NCBI RefSeq assembly: GCF_963666255.2
Contig: NZ_CAXXPH010000001.1
Location: forward strand, 664,551 to 728,550
Direction of reading: 5' to 3'
Length of the DNA: 64,000 nucleotides
Origin: an uncultured Propionivibrio sp.
GTDB taxonomy: Bacteria > Pseudomonadota > Gammaproteobacteria > Burkholderiales > Rhodocyclaceae
Shown here: piece by piece, positions 1 to 10,513 of the stretch
Layout: the number at the start of each line of letters is the position of its first letter
How positions within the stretch are numbered: the stretch's first letter is position 1
The notes under the pieces: generated by a model
Told to the model about the DNA's origin: nothing
The model's input: the letters and a program-made list of their open reading frames with translations, nothing else
The model's database searches: none
Program-made: the position numbers and the translations under genes

Positions 1-2504
1 CGCAGAACAAGCAGAACGCCGCCGGCAAGATCGGCCAGGACCCGGCGCCACAGGGACAGCAGCTCGTCTACACGGTCACCGCCAAGGGCCGGCTGGTAAC
101 CCCCGAAGAATTTGGCAACATCGTTGTTCGCGCCGGCGGTCCGAAGGGGGTGCTCTACCTCAAGGACGTCGCCCGCATCGAACTCGGCGCCCAGAATTAC
201 GACGCCAGCACGCAACTGATGGGCAAGCCCGTCATCGGTATCGGCATCTTCCTGCAATCTGGCGCCAACGCGCTCGAAGTCGCCAAGCGGGTCCGCACGC
301 GCATGGCCGAACTGCAGGAGAAATTCCCGGCCGGCATGGACCACGTCTTCCCGTTCGACACCACCAAGTTCGTCCAGGCCTCGATCACCGAAGTCGTGCA
401 TACGCTCGTTGAAGCGCTGATCATGGTGGCACTGGTTGTCTTCGTCTTCCTGCAGAACTGGCGGGCAACGCTGATTCCGCTGGTCGCGGTGCCGGTCTCG
501 CTGGTCGGCACCTTCGCCGGTCTCTGGATCTTCGGCTTCTCGATCAACACGCTGACGCTGTTCGCGATGGTGCTGGCCATCGGTATCGTCGTCGATGACG
601 CCATCGTCGTGCTTGAGAACGTCGAACGCCTGATGTGGGAACAGAAGATGGCGCCCAAGGAGGCGGCGATCGAAGCCATGCGCGAGGTGTCAAGCGCGGT
701 TGTGGCGATCGTCCTCGTGCTCTGTGCGGTGTTCATCCCGGTCGCCTTCCTCGGCGGTATCGCCGGCAAGCTGTACCAGCAGTTCGCGGTCACGGTCGCC
801 ATTTCGGTGACACTCTCGGGCATCGTCGCGCTGACGCTGACGCCGGCCTTGTGCGCGCTGCTCCTCCAGAGCAAGCACGAGGAACCGGCTTTCTTCAAGC
901 CCTTCAACCGCTTCTTCGAGGCGCTGACCAAAGGCTACACGAACACCGTTAATAAGACGCTGCACCACCGCATCATCGGCACCGTCGCCTGCGTCGTCAT
1001 CCTTGGTGGCAGCATTGTCCTGTTCCGTGCGGTGCCCGGCGGCTTCGTCCCGCCCGAAGACCAGGGTTATCTGATCAGCGCGCTGATGCTGCCTGACGGC
1101 GCCAGCCTGCAACGCACCCAGGCCACCGGCGATCGCTTTCAGAAGATGATCACGCAGGACCCGGGCGTAGACCGCGTCTTCCTGATCGCCGGTAACGACA
1201 TCATCGGCGGCGGTATCAAATCGAACGCCGGCACGGTCTTCATCCCGCTCGTCGATTGGGCCGAGCGCACGAGTAGCGCCGACATGCTGCAGAAGAAATT
1301 CTCCGGCATGGGCATGATGCTGCCCGACGGACTCGGACTCGTCTTCAATCCACCGGCCATTCAGGGCTTGGGCTCCGCCGGCGGTTTCGAGGCGTACATC
1401 CAGTCGCGCGGCGACGCCAGCCCGCAAAAGCTGGCGGGGGTCATCACGCAATTCACCGAAGCCCTCAAGAAGCGTCCCGAACTCGTCGGCATCAACACCT
1501 TCTTCCGCCCCTCGTCACCGCAGTTGCTCGTGGAGGTCAACGAAGCCAAGGCAATTTCAATGGGCATCTCGGTCGCCGATGTCTACACGTCGCTGCAGGC
1601 CACGATGGGGACCTATTACGTCAACGACTTCAACCTGAACGGCCGCACCTACCGCGTGCAGTTGCAGGCCGACGCCCAGTACCGCTCCAAGCCCGAGGAC
1701 ATGGGCCGCGTCTATGTCCGTTCGGATAAAGGCACGATGGTACCGGTCTCGGCGCTGGTCAAGGTCAAGCGCGTTTTCGGCGCCGAGCAGCTCGAACGCT
1801 TCAACGGCTTCCTCGCCGCCAAGATAATGGGTAGCTCGATCCCGAACGTCAGTACCGGCGACGCGATCAAGATCGTCGAGCAGGTGGCCAAGGAGACTCT
1901 ACCGGCCGGTTACGAACTGAGCTGGACTGGTCAGGCCTTCCAGGAGAAGCGCGCCGGCACCACCTCGGCGATCGCCTTCGGCTTCGGCATCCTGATGGTC
2001 TTCCTGATCCTCGCCGCGCAATACGAGAAATGGTCGCTGCCGCTCGCCGTCATCATGGCCGTTCCGTTCGCGCTGTTCGGCGCGCTGAGCGCCGTCATGA
2101 TCCGCGGCATGCCGAACGACATCTACTTCCAGATCGGCCTCGTCGTGCTCATTGGTCTGGCGGCGAAGAATGCGATCCTGATCGTCGAGTTCGCGGCGCA
2201 GAAACGCGCCGAGGGCATGCGCGTGCGCGAGGCCGCGCTGGAAGGCGCGCGCCTGCGCTTCCGACCGATCGTGATGACCTCGATGGCCTTCATCCTTGGC
2301 GTCTTCCCGCTCGTCAAGGCGACCGGCGCCGGCGCCGCCGCCCGCCAGTCGATGGGGACCGGCGTTTTCGGCGGCATGGTCGCAGCGACCTTCATCGCCA
2401 CGATCTTCATCCCGATGTTCTTCAGCTGGCTGTCCGGCCGCAACAAGAACGCGCCGACCACACCGCACCATCCTCAGGATGGCAGCCATGAGGAGCAAGC
2501 ATGA
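1..2504 (+). CDS. RND efflux permease, HAE1 (AcrB/MexB) family; 5' end lies outside the window
   Basis: Frame open from base 3 (QNKQNAAGKIG...). Motifs GIVVDDAIVV.ENVER, AKNAILIVEFA and RFRPIVMTS (proton-relay D/D/K/R) present. Confidence 0.95.
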   Translation, partial: QNKQNAAGKIGQDPAPQGQQLVYTVTAKGRLVTPEEFGNIVVRAGGPKGVLYLKDVARIELGAQNYDASTQLMGKPVIGIGIFLQSGANALEVAKRVRTRMAELQEKFPAGMDHVFPFDTTKFVQASITEVVHTLVEALIMVALVVFVFLQNWRATLIPLVAVPVSLVGTFAGLWIFGFSINTLTLFAMVLAIGIVVDDAIVVLENVERLMWEQKMAPKEAAIEAMREVSSAVVAIVLVLCAVFIPVAFLGGIAGKLYQQFAVTVAISVTLSGIVALTLTPALCALLLQSKHEEPAFFKPFNRFFEALTKGYTNTVNKTLHHRIIGTVACVVILGGSIVLFRAVPGGFVPPEDQGYLISALMLPDGASLQRTQATGDRFQKMITQDPGVDRVFLIAGNDIIGGGIKSNAGTVFIPLVDWAERTSSADMLQKKFSGMGMMLPDGLGLVFNPPAIQGLGSAGGFEAYIQSRGDASPQKLAGVITQFTEALKKRPELVGINTFFRPSSPQLLVEVNEAKAISMGISVADVYTSLQATMGTYYVNDFNLNGRTYRVQLQADAQYRSKPEDMGRVYVRSDKGTMVPVSALVKVKRVFGAEQLERFNGFLAAKIMGSSIPNVSTGDAIKIVEQVAKETLPAGYELSWTGQAFQEKRAGTTSAIAFGFGILMVFLILAAQYEKWSLPLAVIMAVPFALFGALSAVMIRGMPNDIYFQIGLVVLIGLAAKNAILIVEFAAQKRAEGMRVREAALEGARLRFRPIVMTSMAFILGVFPLVKATGAGAAARQSMGTGVFGGMVAATFIATIFIPMFFSWLSGRNKNAPTTPHHPQDGSHEEQA

Positions 2505-3979
2505 TGAACCGCCTCAATTCCGCCCTGCCGCCGAGCGTCCTCACCGCAATCTCGGCAGCGCTCCTGCTGCTGACGGGATGCGCCGTCGGCCCCGACTACC
2601 AGCGCCCTGAAGCCGTCCTGCCCGCCGCCTACGGCAAGACCGCTGCGACGGCAGCGGCGCAAGCGGCACCGGCCGTTGAAAAGGCCTGGTGGCGGCGCTT
2701 TCAGGACGACACGCTGAACACGCTCGTCGACCGCGCACTGGCCCACAACTACGACCTGCTCGCCGCGGTCGCCCGCGTCGAAGAAGCCGAGGGACTGGCC
2801 CGCCAGGCCGGCGCGACCTTCTTCCCGCAGATCAACCTCAACGCCAGCGGCGCCCGCAGCCAGGTCAGCACGATGAATGCTTCGCCGATTCCATCGACGG
2901 TGCCGCGCATGCAGGACAGCCGTAAAGCGGGCCTGAGCACCTCGTTCGAACTCGACCTCTGGGGCAAGCTCCGTCGCGCCAACGAGTCGGCGCGGGCCAG
3001 CCTGCTGGCCAGCCGCTATGCCCGCGATGCGATGGAGCTTTCGGTCGCCGGACTCGTCACCAGCGGCTACCTGTCCTTGCGCGCCGCCGACGCGAGCCTC
3101 GTCACGACGCAGGCGACGCTCGACAGCCGGCAAAAGACGCTGGAGATCGTGCGTAACAAACTGCAGGCCGGCGCCGCGTCGCCGCTCGACCTCAATCTCG
3201 CTGAAGGCAACCTCGCGGCGGCTGAAGCCCAGATCGCCGACCTGCGCCGCCAGCGTACCCTGGCGCAGAACCAGCTCGCACTGCTCACCGGCCAGCCGGC
3301 CCTGCAAGTCACACCGGGCGACCTGCGCCAGTTGCCGCTGCCCCCGGTCCCGCCCGCCGGCCTGCCCTCCTCGCTGCTCGAGGCACGGCCGGATGTGCGC
3401 CAGGCCGAAGAGACGCTGGTATCGATGAATGCGCAGATCGGCGTCGCCAAGGCGGCGCTCTTCCCCAGCCTTTCGCTGACCGGCAACTACGGCGGCGAAA
3501 GCGCCGCGCTCTCGAATCTGTTCAAGACCGGTGCCAACGTCTGGTCGCTCGGCCTCGCGTCAACAATGCCGCTGCTCGATTTCGGCCGCAATTCCGCCTT
3601 GATCGACCAAGCCAAGGCCAAGCAGCAGCAGGCGCTGATTGCCTACCAGAAAACGGTTGAATCGGCCTTCAAGGACGTCAACGATGCGCTCGTCAATCTG
3701 AGTGAATACGCCGAAGCCGAGCGCGCGCAGGAAAAGCGCCGTCAGATCGCCGAGAGATCACTGAGCCTCGCGCAGACCCGCTATGACGCCGGCTATGTCG
3801 GCTTCCTGGACGTGCTCGATGCACAACGGACGGCGAACGACGCGCAGTTGTCCTATGTCAGCACGCGACAGGCGCGGCTCAATGCCACGGTCGATTTCTT
3901 CAAGGCGCTGGGCGGCGGCTGGAAAGACGAGTACATCGGCGAATCGCAAGCGAGCGCCGGAACGCCGACGCGGAACTGA
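2501..3979 (+). CDS. Outer-membrane factor lipoprotein (OprM/NodT/TolC family)
   Basis: Lipobox LLTGC, GPDYQRP, ELDLWG, RPDVRQAE, FKALGGGW. ATGA overlap with the RND stop codon. Confidence 0.93.
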   Translation: MMNRLNSALPPSVLTAISAALLLLTGCAVGPDYQRPEAVLPAAYGKTAATAAAQAAPAVEKAWWRRFQDDTLNTLVDRALAHNYDLLAAVARVEEAEGLARQAGATFFPQINLNASGARSQVSTMNASPIPSTVPRMQDSRKAGLSTSFELDLWGKLRRANESARASLLASRYARDAMELSVAGLVTSGYLSLRAADASLVTTQATLDSRQKTLEIVRNKLQAGAASPLDLNLAEGNLAAAEAQIADLRRQRTLAQNQLALLTGQPALQVTPGDLRQLPLPPVPPAGLPSSLLEARPDVRQAEETLVSMNAQIGVAKAALFPSLSLTGNYGGESAALSNLFKTGANVWSLGLASTMPLLDFGRNSALIDQAKAKQQQALIAYQKTVESAFKDVNDALVNLSEYAEAERAQEKRRQIAERSLSLAQTRYDAGYVGFLDVLDAQRTANDAQLSYVSTRQARLNATVDFFKALGGGWKDEYIGESQASAGTPTRN

Positions 3980-3990
3980 AGGCCGGGACC

Positions 3991-4491
3991 ATGAGCGAAA
4001 GCGCCACGCCCTTCGATCGGCTCGTTGAAGTGCTCGACCGCGGTAGCGCCCGCTACCGCGTCATCCGCCATCCGGCGGAGGGAAGCTCCGAGGCTGTGGC
4101 CCGGATTCGCGGCACGCATCCGGGCCAGGGTGCCAAGGCCATGCTGTGCCAGATCAAGGGCCAGCCTGGCGTGCTCGTGCTGGCAATCCTGCCCGGCAAC
4201 CGCAAGATCGACTTTCGCAAGGTCGCCGAAACGGTTGGCGGTGCCAAGGCCTCGCTGGTCTCACCGGATCTCGCGCGCGAGCGTACCGGCTGCGAGATCG
4301 GCGCCATTCCGCCCTTCGTCCTCGGCGACGACAGCATCCGCCTCGTCGCCGAGCCAGCCCTGTTCGAGCAGTTTTCCGAGATCGCCTTCAACGCGGGGCG
4401 GCTCGACACCTCGATCGTGCTCGACGCGCAAGACTATCTGCGCATCGCCACGCCCTTGCTGGCGACGATCGCCGCCCCGCCGTCGCCTTGA
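3991..4491 (+). CDS. yeaK: YbaK-superfamily trans-editing aminoacyl-tRNA deacylase, YeaK-like
   Basis: IRGT.PGQGAKAMLC, GAIPPF and EIAFNAG.LD.SIVL...DYLRIA closely resemble E. coli YeaK as recalled. Confidence 0.8.
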   Translation: MSESATPFDRLVEVLDRGSARYRVIRHPAEGSSEAVARIRGTHPGQGAKAMLCQIKGQPGVLVLAILPGNRKIDFRKVAETVGGAKASLVSPDLARERTGCEIGAIPPFVLGDDSIRLVAEPALFEQFSEIAFNAGRLDTSIVLDAQDYLRIATPLLATIAAPPSP

Positions 4492-4513
4492 TGCCCCCTC
4501 GTCGGAGGAAACA

Positions 4514-4843
4514 ATGAAACTGACCGACATTCCCTTTGGTACCACCGACTGGTCCTCCATCGACGCGGTCGAGCACCCTGGCGAGCGCGGCAGCGCGTTC
4601 TGGCGCACCCGGCAATTCGGTGACATCCGCGTCCGCCTCGTCGACTACAGCGCCGGCTATCTCGCCGATCACTGGTGTTCAAAGGGCCACATTCTGTTGT
4701 GTCTCTCGGGAGAATTGCACACCGAACTCGCCGACGGCCGCCGCTTCGTACTGACACCGGGCATCAGCTATCAGGTCGCCGACGGTGCCGAACCCCATCG
4801 CTCATCGACACCAACGGGCGCCCGCCTGTTCATCGTCGACTAA
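4514..4843 (+). CDS. DHCW-motif cupin fold protein
   Basis: GGAGG RBS then ATG at 4514. MKLTDIPFGTTDW...YLADHWCSKGHILLCL.GEL.TEL.DGR. Confidence 0.85.
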   Translation: MKLTDIPFGTTDWSSIDAVEHPGERGSAFWRTRQFGDIRVRLVDYSAGYLADHWCSKGHILLCLSGELHTELADGRRFVLTPGISYQVADGAEPHRSSTPTGARLFIVD

Positions 4844-4860
4844 GCCGCCCGCTGCTCATC

Positions 4861-5319
4861 ATGCCCCTCGAACTCAAGCTCCCGCCACCCGCCGTCAGCC
4901 TGATTTGCGGCACCGGGATGTGGCTCGGCGCCCGCGCACTGCCCGCTTTCAACATGGAATGGTCGGGACACACCGCCCTCGCCGTGTTCCTGGCGCTCGC
5001 CGGCTTCGGCATCGATCTCGCCGGACTCCTCGCTTTCCGACGTCAGCGGACGACGGCCAACCCGCTGTCGCCACATGCAGCGAGCGCACTGGTCTGCACC
5101 GGCATCTATCGTTTCTCGCGCAATCCGATGTACCTCGGGCAACTGGTCTTTCTCGCTGCCTGGGCTGTCTGGCTGGACAATCCTGTCGCCTTGATCGGCC
5201 TGCCGGCCTGCGCCGCCTATCTGACGCGCTTCCAGATTCTTCCCGAAGAGCGCATCCTCGCAGAGAAATTCGGCAACGATTATGCCGATTACCGGCGCAG
5301 CGTCCGGCGCTGGATCTAG
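4861..5319 (+). CDS. Isoprenylcysteine carboxyl methyltransferase / PEMT-family membrane protein
   Basis: GIYRFSRNPMYLG, EERIL..KFG.DY..Y...VRRWI. Confidence 0.85.
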   Translation: MPLELKLPPPAVSLICGTGMWLGARALPAFNMEWSGHTALAVFLALAGFGIDLAGLLAFRRQRTTANPLSPHAASALVCTGIYRFSRNPMYLGQLVFLAAWAVWLDNPVALIGLPACAAYLTRFQILPEERILAEKFGNDYADYRRSVRRWI

Positions 5320-5642
5320 ACTTCAGGTCGTTCCGGCGGCAAGCGCCGCTGATCCTCGGCAACGCGCACCGATTCCCCTTCGATAATCTCGCCTTCGGTA
5401 CTGACGCCGTTTTCCGTCGCCTGACCGAACGGCGCCGCCCCCGCCTGATCGCGCAACAGCCGGCGCAAGGCCCGCGTCTTCCACCAGAAATACCCCCACG
5501 CGACGAGACCGGCAACGGCGATCACCGCGAGGAAGACCAGCGAGAACATGAAGGCCGCGGCCAGCGTCAGCACACCGACGATCGCCGCGATGATTTTGCC
5601 GAGCGGACTCGTCGGCCGGGTGCCGCTAAAGTTGATACGCAT
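5316..5642 (-). CDS. Hypothetical small membrane protein (two hydrophobic segments, acidic tail EGEIIEGE)
   Basis: 108-aa ORF with a long hydrophobic stretch. Start overlaps the cysB 3' end. Confidence 0.65.
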   Translation of the reverse strand: MRINFSGTRPTSPLGKIIAAIVGVLTLAAAFMFSLVFLAVIAVAGLVAWGYFWWKTRALRRLLRDQAGAAPFGQATENGVSTEGEIIEGESVRVAEDQRRLPPERPEV

Positions 5643-6573
5643 CGTGAGCCCCCGCGCCGGCCATCGCCATATCGACCGCCTTCTGGGTCAGGTGAGAAGC
5701 GAACAGCGTAATGAAATCGTATTCGAAGCGGCGCAGGTAAGTCCCGCGTCGCAAACCGATCCGCGTGGTGTTCGAGCCGAACAGGTGCTCGACATTGACC
5801 GCCTTCAGCCCGGCATCGCGCACCGGATCGTAAGCCATCTGCGCAATGATGCCGAGGCCAAGGCCGAGACTCACATAGGTCTTGATCACATCGGCATCGA
5901 TCGCGGCCAGGACGATGTTCGGCGTCAGCTCGGCGCGTTCAAAGGCCTTGTTGATGCGCGAACGCCCGGCAAAAGCCGGATCGTAGGTAATCAGCGGCCA
6001 GCGCGTCAGCGTCGCCAGCGATATCGTCCGCTCCTCCAGAACCGGATGCCCCTCGGGCGCGACCAGACAATGCCCCCACTGAAAGCACGGCAGGATGACG
6101 AGTTGCTCGTACTGGTCCAGCGTCTCGGTAGCGATGGCGATATCGGCCTCGCCCTTGAGCGTCCATTCGGCGATCTGCGTCGGACTGCCCTGATGCATCG
6201 ACAGGCGGACGTTCGGATACTTGTCCATGAACTGCTTGACGATGCCCGGCAGCGAATAGCGCGCCTGGGTGTGCGTCGCCGCGATCACCAGACTGCCTGA
6301 ATTGCCACCGGCATACTCGTCGCCGACGCGCTTGATGTTCTGCACTTCGCGCAGGATGCGCTCGGCAATCTCGAGCACCCGCTTGCCCGGCTCGGTCACG
6401 GCCGTCAGGCGCTTGCCGCTGCGCTCGAAGACGACGACGCCGAGTTCGTCCTCGAGCAGTTTGATCTGCTTGGAAACGCCGGGCTGCGAGGTATAGAGCA
6501 CCTCGGCCGCCTCGGAAACGTTGAGGTTGGATCTCGCCACCTCGACGAGATACCGGAGTTGTTGAAGTTTCAT
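5626..6573 (-). CDS. cysB: CysB/Cbl-family LysR regulator
   Basis: MKLQQLRYL..V....LNVSEAAE.LYTSQPGVSKQI, ATHTQARY. Divergent from the cys genes. Confidence 0.93.
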   Translation of the reverse strand: MKLQQLRYLVEVARSNLNVSEAAEVLYTSQPGVSKQIKLLEDELGVVVFERSGKRLTAVTEPGKRVLEIAERILREVQNIKRVGDEYAGGNSGSLVIAATHTQARYSLPGIVKQFMDKYPNVRLSMHQGSPTQIAEWTLKGEADIAIATETLDQYEQLVILPCFQWGHCLVAPEGHPVLEERTISLATLTRWPLITYDPAFAGRSRINKAFERAELTPNIVLAAIDADVIKTYVSLGLGLGIIAQMAYDPVRDAGLKAVNVEHLFGSNTTRIGLRRGTYLRRFEYDFITLFASHLTQKAVDMAMAGAGAHDAYQL

Positions 6574-6682
6574 CGCACCCACAAATAACATTCAGTTCTA
6601 ACAATCTAACTCATTATTCTTTTTCATTCAACAACCCCGCGGTTAACATGGCCGCACTGATTTCACCCACCGGTAAAAGGCC

Positions 6683-8362
6683 ATGTACCGATACGACAGC
6701 ATCGACCGACAACTGCTCAAGGAACGCGTCGCACAATATCGCGGACAGATCGAACGAAACCTCGCCGGCACGCTCTCCGACGACGAACTGCGTCCGCTAC
6801 GCCTGCAAAACGGCCTGTATATCCAGCGCCACGGCCCGATGCTGCGCATCGCTATCCCGTACGGCATCCTGGCCGCCGACCAGCTGCGCAAGCTGGCCGA
6901 ACTCTCGCGCCGCTACGACCGCGCCGTCGGCCATTTCACGACGCGCCACAACATGCAGTTCAACTGGCCGAAGTTCGAGGAAACCCCGAACATCCTTGCC
7001 GAACTGTCCGAGGTCGACATGCACGCCATCCAGACCTCGGGTAACTGCATCCGCAACATCACTACCGACAAATTCGCCGGCACGGCGCCGGATGAAAGCA
7101 CCGACCCGCGTCCGGTCGCCGAGATCCTGCGCCAGTGGTCGACCTTCCATCCCGAGTTCTCCTTCCTGCCGCGCAAGTTCAAGATCGCCGTCAGCGGTTC
7201 GGCCGAAGACCGCAGCGTCCTCCGTGTCCATGATGTAGGCATCGAACTCATCGACGCCGCCGACGGCACCCCCGGCGCCCGCATCTTTGTTGGCGGCGGT
7301 CTCGGCCGCACGCCGCTGATCGGCCAGGTCGTCCGCGAGTTCCTGCCGCGCCAGCATTTGCTGACCTACCTCGAAGCGATCCTGCGCGTCTACAACCGTT
7401 ATGGACGCCGCGACAATCTGTTCAAGGCGCGCATCAAGATCCTCGTCAATGCCCTCGGCATCGAGGATTTCGCCAAACAGGTCGATGCCGAGTGGGCGCA
7501 CCTCAAGGACGGCCCTGCGACACTGACCGACGCCGAATTCCAACGCATCGCCGCCCACTTCGCCCCGCCAGCCTATGCCGCACTCAGCGACAACCCGCCG
7601 GAATACGCGAGCGCACGGGCAAGCACCCCGGCCTTCGCCGCCTGGGCAAAGCGCAGCGTTCACCCGCACCGCGTCCCCGGCTATGCCGCCGTCACGCTCT
7701 CGCTCAAGGCGCCGGGCAAGGCGCCGGGCGACATCACCGACACCCAGATGGACGCTGCGGCCGATCTCGCCGACCGTTTCAGCTTCGGCGAACTGCGCGT
7801 CGCGCATGAACAGAATCTGGTGCTTCCCAACGTGCGCCAGGGCGACCTGCCCGAACTTTGGGCGGCCGCCCGCACGCACGGACTGGCGACCGCCAACATC
7901 GGCCTGCTGACCGACATGATCTGCTGCCCCGGCGGCGATCTCTGCTCGCTCGCCAATGCCCGCTCGGTGCCGATCGCACTCGCCGTGCATGAGGCCTTCG
8001 ACAACCTCGATTATTTGCACGACCTCGGCGAACTGTCGCTCAACATCTCCGGCTGCATGAATTCCTGCGGCCACCACCACGTCGCCAACATCGGCGTGCT
8101 CGGCATCGACAAGAACGATGAGGAGTGGTACCAGATTTCGGTCGGCGGTCGCCAGGGCAATGCCACACGCATCGGCAAGATCCTCGGCCCATCATTCCGC
8201 GCCGACGAGGTCACGGCCGTCGTCAAGGCCCTGATCGCCGTCTATGTCGAACAGCGCACGCCGACCGAACGTTTCATCGACACCTTCGACCGGCTCGGCA
8301 TCGAGCCCTTCAAGGCCCGCGCCTACCAAGGCCGCGACAGGAGGAAAACCGCCCATGACTGA
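6683..8362 (+). CDS. cysI: Sulfite reductase hemoprotein (siroheme/4Fe-4S)
   Basis: QTSGNCIRN, CCPGGDLCSLAN, ISGCMNSCGHHH. Confidence 0.9.
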   Translation: MYRYDSIDRQLLKERVAQYRGQIERNLAGTLSDDELRPLRLQNGLYIQRHGPMLRIAIPYGILAADQLRKLAELSRRYDRAVGHFTTRHNMQFNWPKFEETPNILAELSEVDMHAIQTSGNCIRNITTDKFAGTAPDESTDPRPVAEILRQWSTFHPEFSFLPRKFKIAVSGSAEDRSVLRVHDVGIELIDAADGTPGARIFVGGGLGRTPLIGQVVREFLPRQHLLTYLEAILRVYNRYGRRDNLFKARIKILVNALGIEDFAKQVDAEWAHLKDGPATLTDAEFQRIAAHFAPPAYAALSDNPPEYASARASTPAFAAWAKRSVHPHRVPGYAAVTLSLKAPGKAPGDITDTQMDAAADLADRFSFGELRVAHEQNLVLPNVRQGDLPELWAAARTHGLATANIGLLTDMICCPGGDLCSLANARSVPIALAVHEAFDNLDYLHDLGELSLNISGCMNSCGHHHVANIGVLGIDKNDEEWYQISVGGRQGNATRIGKILGPSFRADEVTAVVKALIAVYVEQRTPTERFIDTFDRLGIEPFKARAYQGRDRRKTAHD

Positions 8363-8882
8363 GATCATCAAAGACGCCCGGATCGTCGACGACGCCTGGC
8401 AAACGCTCAAACTCGCCGAGGGCGACGCCGCCGAAACGGTCGTCCTCCCGACAACGCCGACGCTGGTGCCGCTCGCCGTCTGGCGGACGCGCCGCGACGA
8501 CCTGCTGGCCCGGAAAATACCTTTCGGACTCTGGCTCGACAGCCACGAAGGGCCGGAAGAGATCGCCGACGACCTGAAGCATTTCGCGCTCATCGCCGTC
8601 AATTTCCCGAAATTCGCCGACGGTCGCGGCTACTCGACCGCACGGCTGTTGCGCGAGCGTTATGGCTATGCCGGCGAACTGCGCGCCATCGGCGACGTGC
8701 TGCGAGACCAGTTGTTCCTGTTGCGCCGCTGCGGTTTCGACGCCTTCGCCCTGCGCGCCGACAAGGACATCCGCGACGCGCTGGCCGGATTCGAGGTCTT
8801 CAGCGAACGCTATCAGGCCGCCGTCGATGAACCGCTGCCGCTGTTCCGTCGCCGCGCTGCCTCGGAGCCATCCCATGGCTGA
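8355..8882 (+). CDS. DUF934-family protein
   Basis: FPKFADGRGYSTARLLRER.GY.GELRAIGDVL.DQL..L.RCGFD. Usual position after cysI; ATGA overlap. Confidence 0.88.
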   Translation: MTEIIKDARIVDDAWQTLKLAEGDAAETVVLPTTPTLVPLAVWRTRRDDLLARKIPFGLWLDSHEGPEEIADDLKHFALIAVNFPKFADGRGYSTARLLRERYGYAGELRAIGDVLRDQLFLLRRCGFDAFALRADKDIRDALAGFEVFSERYQAAVDEPLPLFRRRAASEPSHG

Positions 8883-9573
8883 GGTTACCAACGAAGCGCT
8901 CGACGCGAAAATTGCCGCGACCCGATCGGTACTTCGCGCCGCCGCGGCCGAAGCGCCGGCTGCTTTCGCCAACAGCCTCGGCGCCGAAGACATGGTGCTG
9001 ACCGACCTGATCGTCCAGGAGGCGCTCCCCATCGAGATTTTCTCGCTCGACACCGGCCGCCTGCCGAAGGAGACCTACGACCTGATCGAACACATCGCCA
9101 CGCATTACGGACTGAAGCTCACGCTCTATTTTCCGCGCCACGAGAACGTCGAAAGCTACGTCCGCCAGCACGGGATCAACGCCTTCTATAGCTCGGTCGA
9201 GCTGCGCCGTGGCTGCTGCCATGCTCGCAAGGTCGAGCCGTTGCAGCGCGCGCTGGCCGGCAAGAAAGCCTGGATCACCGGCTTGCGTGCCGCCCAGTCC
9301 ACGACGCGCGACGGCCTGCCGGTACGCGAATTCGATACCGCCAATGGGCTCGAGAAATTCAACCCGCTGGCCGACTGGTCGGACGCCGAGGTCTGGGCCT
9401 ACTTGCGCCGCTTCAAGGTGCCGTACAACGCGCTGCACGACAAGTTCTACCCGAGCATCGGCTGTGCGCCCTGTACGCGCGCCATCGCCGTCGGCGAAGA
9501 CCTGCGCGCCGGCCGCTGGTGGTGGGAAGACCCCGCCAGCAAGGAATGCGGACTGCATCTGAAGAAAGCCTGA
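8875..9573 (+). CDS. cysH: Adenylyl-sulfate (APS) reductase, thioredoxin-dependent
   Basis: CC..RKVEPL, YPSIGCAPCT (Fe-S ligands), terminal KECGLH. Confidence 0.93.
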   Translation: MAEVTNEALDAKIAATRSVLRAAAAEAPAAFANSLGAEDMVLTDLIVQEALPIEIFSLDTGRLPKETYDLIEHIATHYGLKLTLYFPRHENVESYVRQHGINAFYSSVELRRGCCHARKVEPLQRALAGKKAWITGLRAAQSTTRDGLPVREFDTANGLEKFNPLADWSDAEVWAYLRRFKVPYNALHDKFYPSIGCAPCTRAIAVGEDLRAGRWWWEDPASKECGLHLKKA

Positions 9574-9583
9574 GCCCAACGCC

Positions 9584-10513
9584 ATGACAACATTGACCGA
9601 ACAAACACCGACCCGAAGCGCGCTGTCGCATCTCGACTGGCTCGAATCGGAAGCCATCCACATCCTGCGCGAGGTTGCCGGCCAATGCGCCAATCCGGTG
9701 CTGCTCTTTTCTGGCGGCAAGGACTCGATCTGCCTCCTGCGCCTCGCCGAAAAGGCGTTCCGCCCGGGCCGCTTTCCGTTTCCGCTGATGCATATCGACA
9801 CCGGCCATAACTATCCCGAGGTTATCGACTTTCGCGATCGCCGCGCCGCCGAACTGGGCGAGCGTCTGATCGTCCGGTCGGTCGAGGACTCGATGGCGCG
9901 TGGCACCGTCGTGCTCAAGTCGCCCGACGAGTCGCGCAACAAGCATCAGTCGGTGACGCTGCTCGAAGCGATCGAGGAATTCGGTTTCGACGCCTGTATC
10001 GGCGGCGCCCGGCGCGACGAGGAGAAGGCCCGCGCCAAGGAACGCATCTTCTCGTTCCGCGACAGCTTCGGCCAGTGGGACCCGAAGAACCAGCGCCCGG
10101 AGCTCTGGGATCTCTACAACGCCCGCAGCTTCAAGGGCGAGAACATCCGCGTCTTCCCGATCTCGAACTGGACCGAGTTCGACGTCTGGCGCTACATCGA
10201 ACGCGAAGGGCTCGAATTGCCGTCGATCTATTTCGCCCACCGCCGGCCGGTCGTGCGCAAGAGCGGCGGCCTGCTGCCGGTGACACCGGTGACCCCGGCC
10301 GGTAAAGACGATGTCATCGAGAACCTGATGGTGCGCTTTCGCACGGTCGGCGACATCAGCTGCACGGCGCCGGTCGAATCCGACGCCGACACGCTGGCCA
10401 GAATCATCGCCGAAACGGCGGCGACGACGATCACCGAACGCGGCGCGACGCGCCTGGACGACCAGACATCCGACGCCTCCATGGAACAACGCAAGAAAGA
10501 AGGGTATTTCTGA
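9584..10513 (+). CDS. cysD: Sulfate adenylyltransferase subunit 2
   Basis: LFSGGKDS, GGARRDEEKARAKER, RFRTVGD, RKKEGYF. Confidence 0.96.
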   Translation: MTTLTEQTPTRSALSHLDWLESEAIHILREVAGQCANPVLLFSGGKDSICLLRLAEKAFRPGRFPFPLMHIDTGHNYPEVIDFRDRRAAELGERLIVRSVEDSMARGTVVLKSPDESRNKHQSVTLLEAIEEFGFDACIGGARRDEEKARAKERIFSFRDSFGQWDPKNQRPELWDLYNARSFKGENIRVFPISNWTEFDVWRYIEREGLELPSIYFAHRRPVVRKSGGLLPVTPVTPAGKDDVIENLMVRFRTVGDISCTAPVESDADTLARIIAETAATTITERGATRLDDQTSDASMEQRKKEGYF

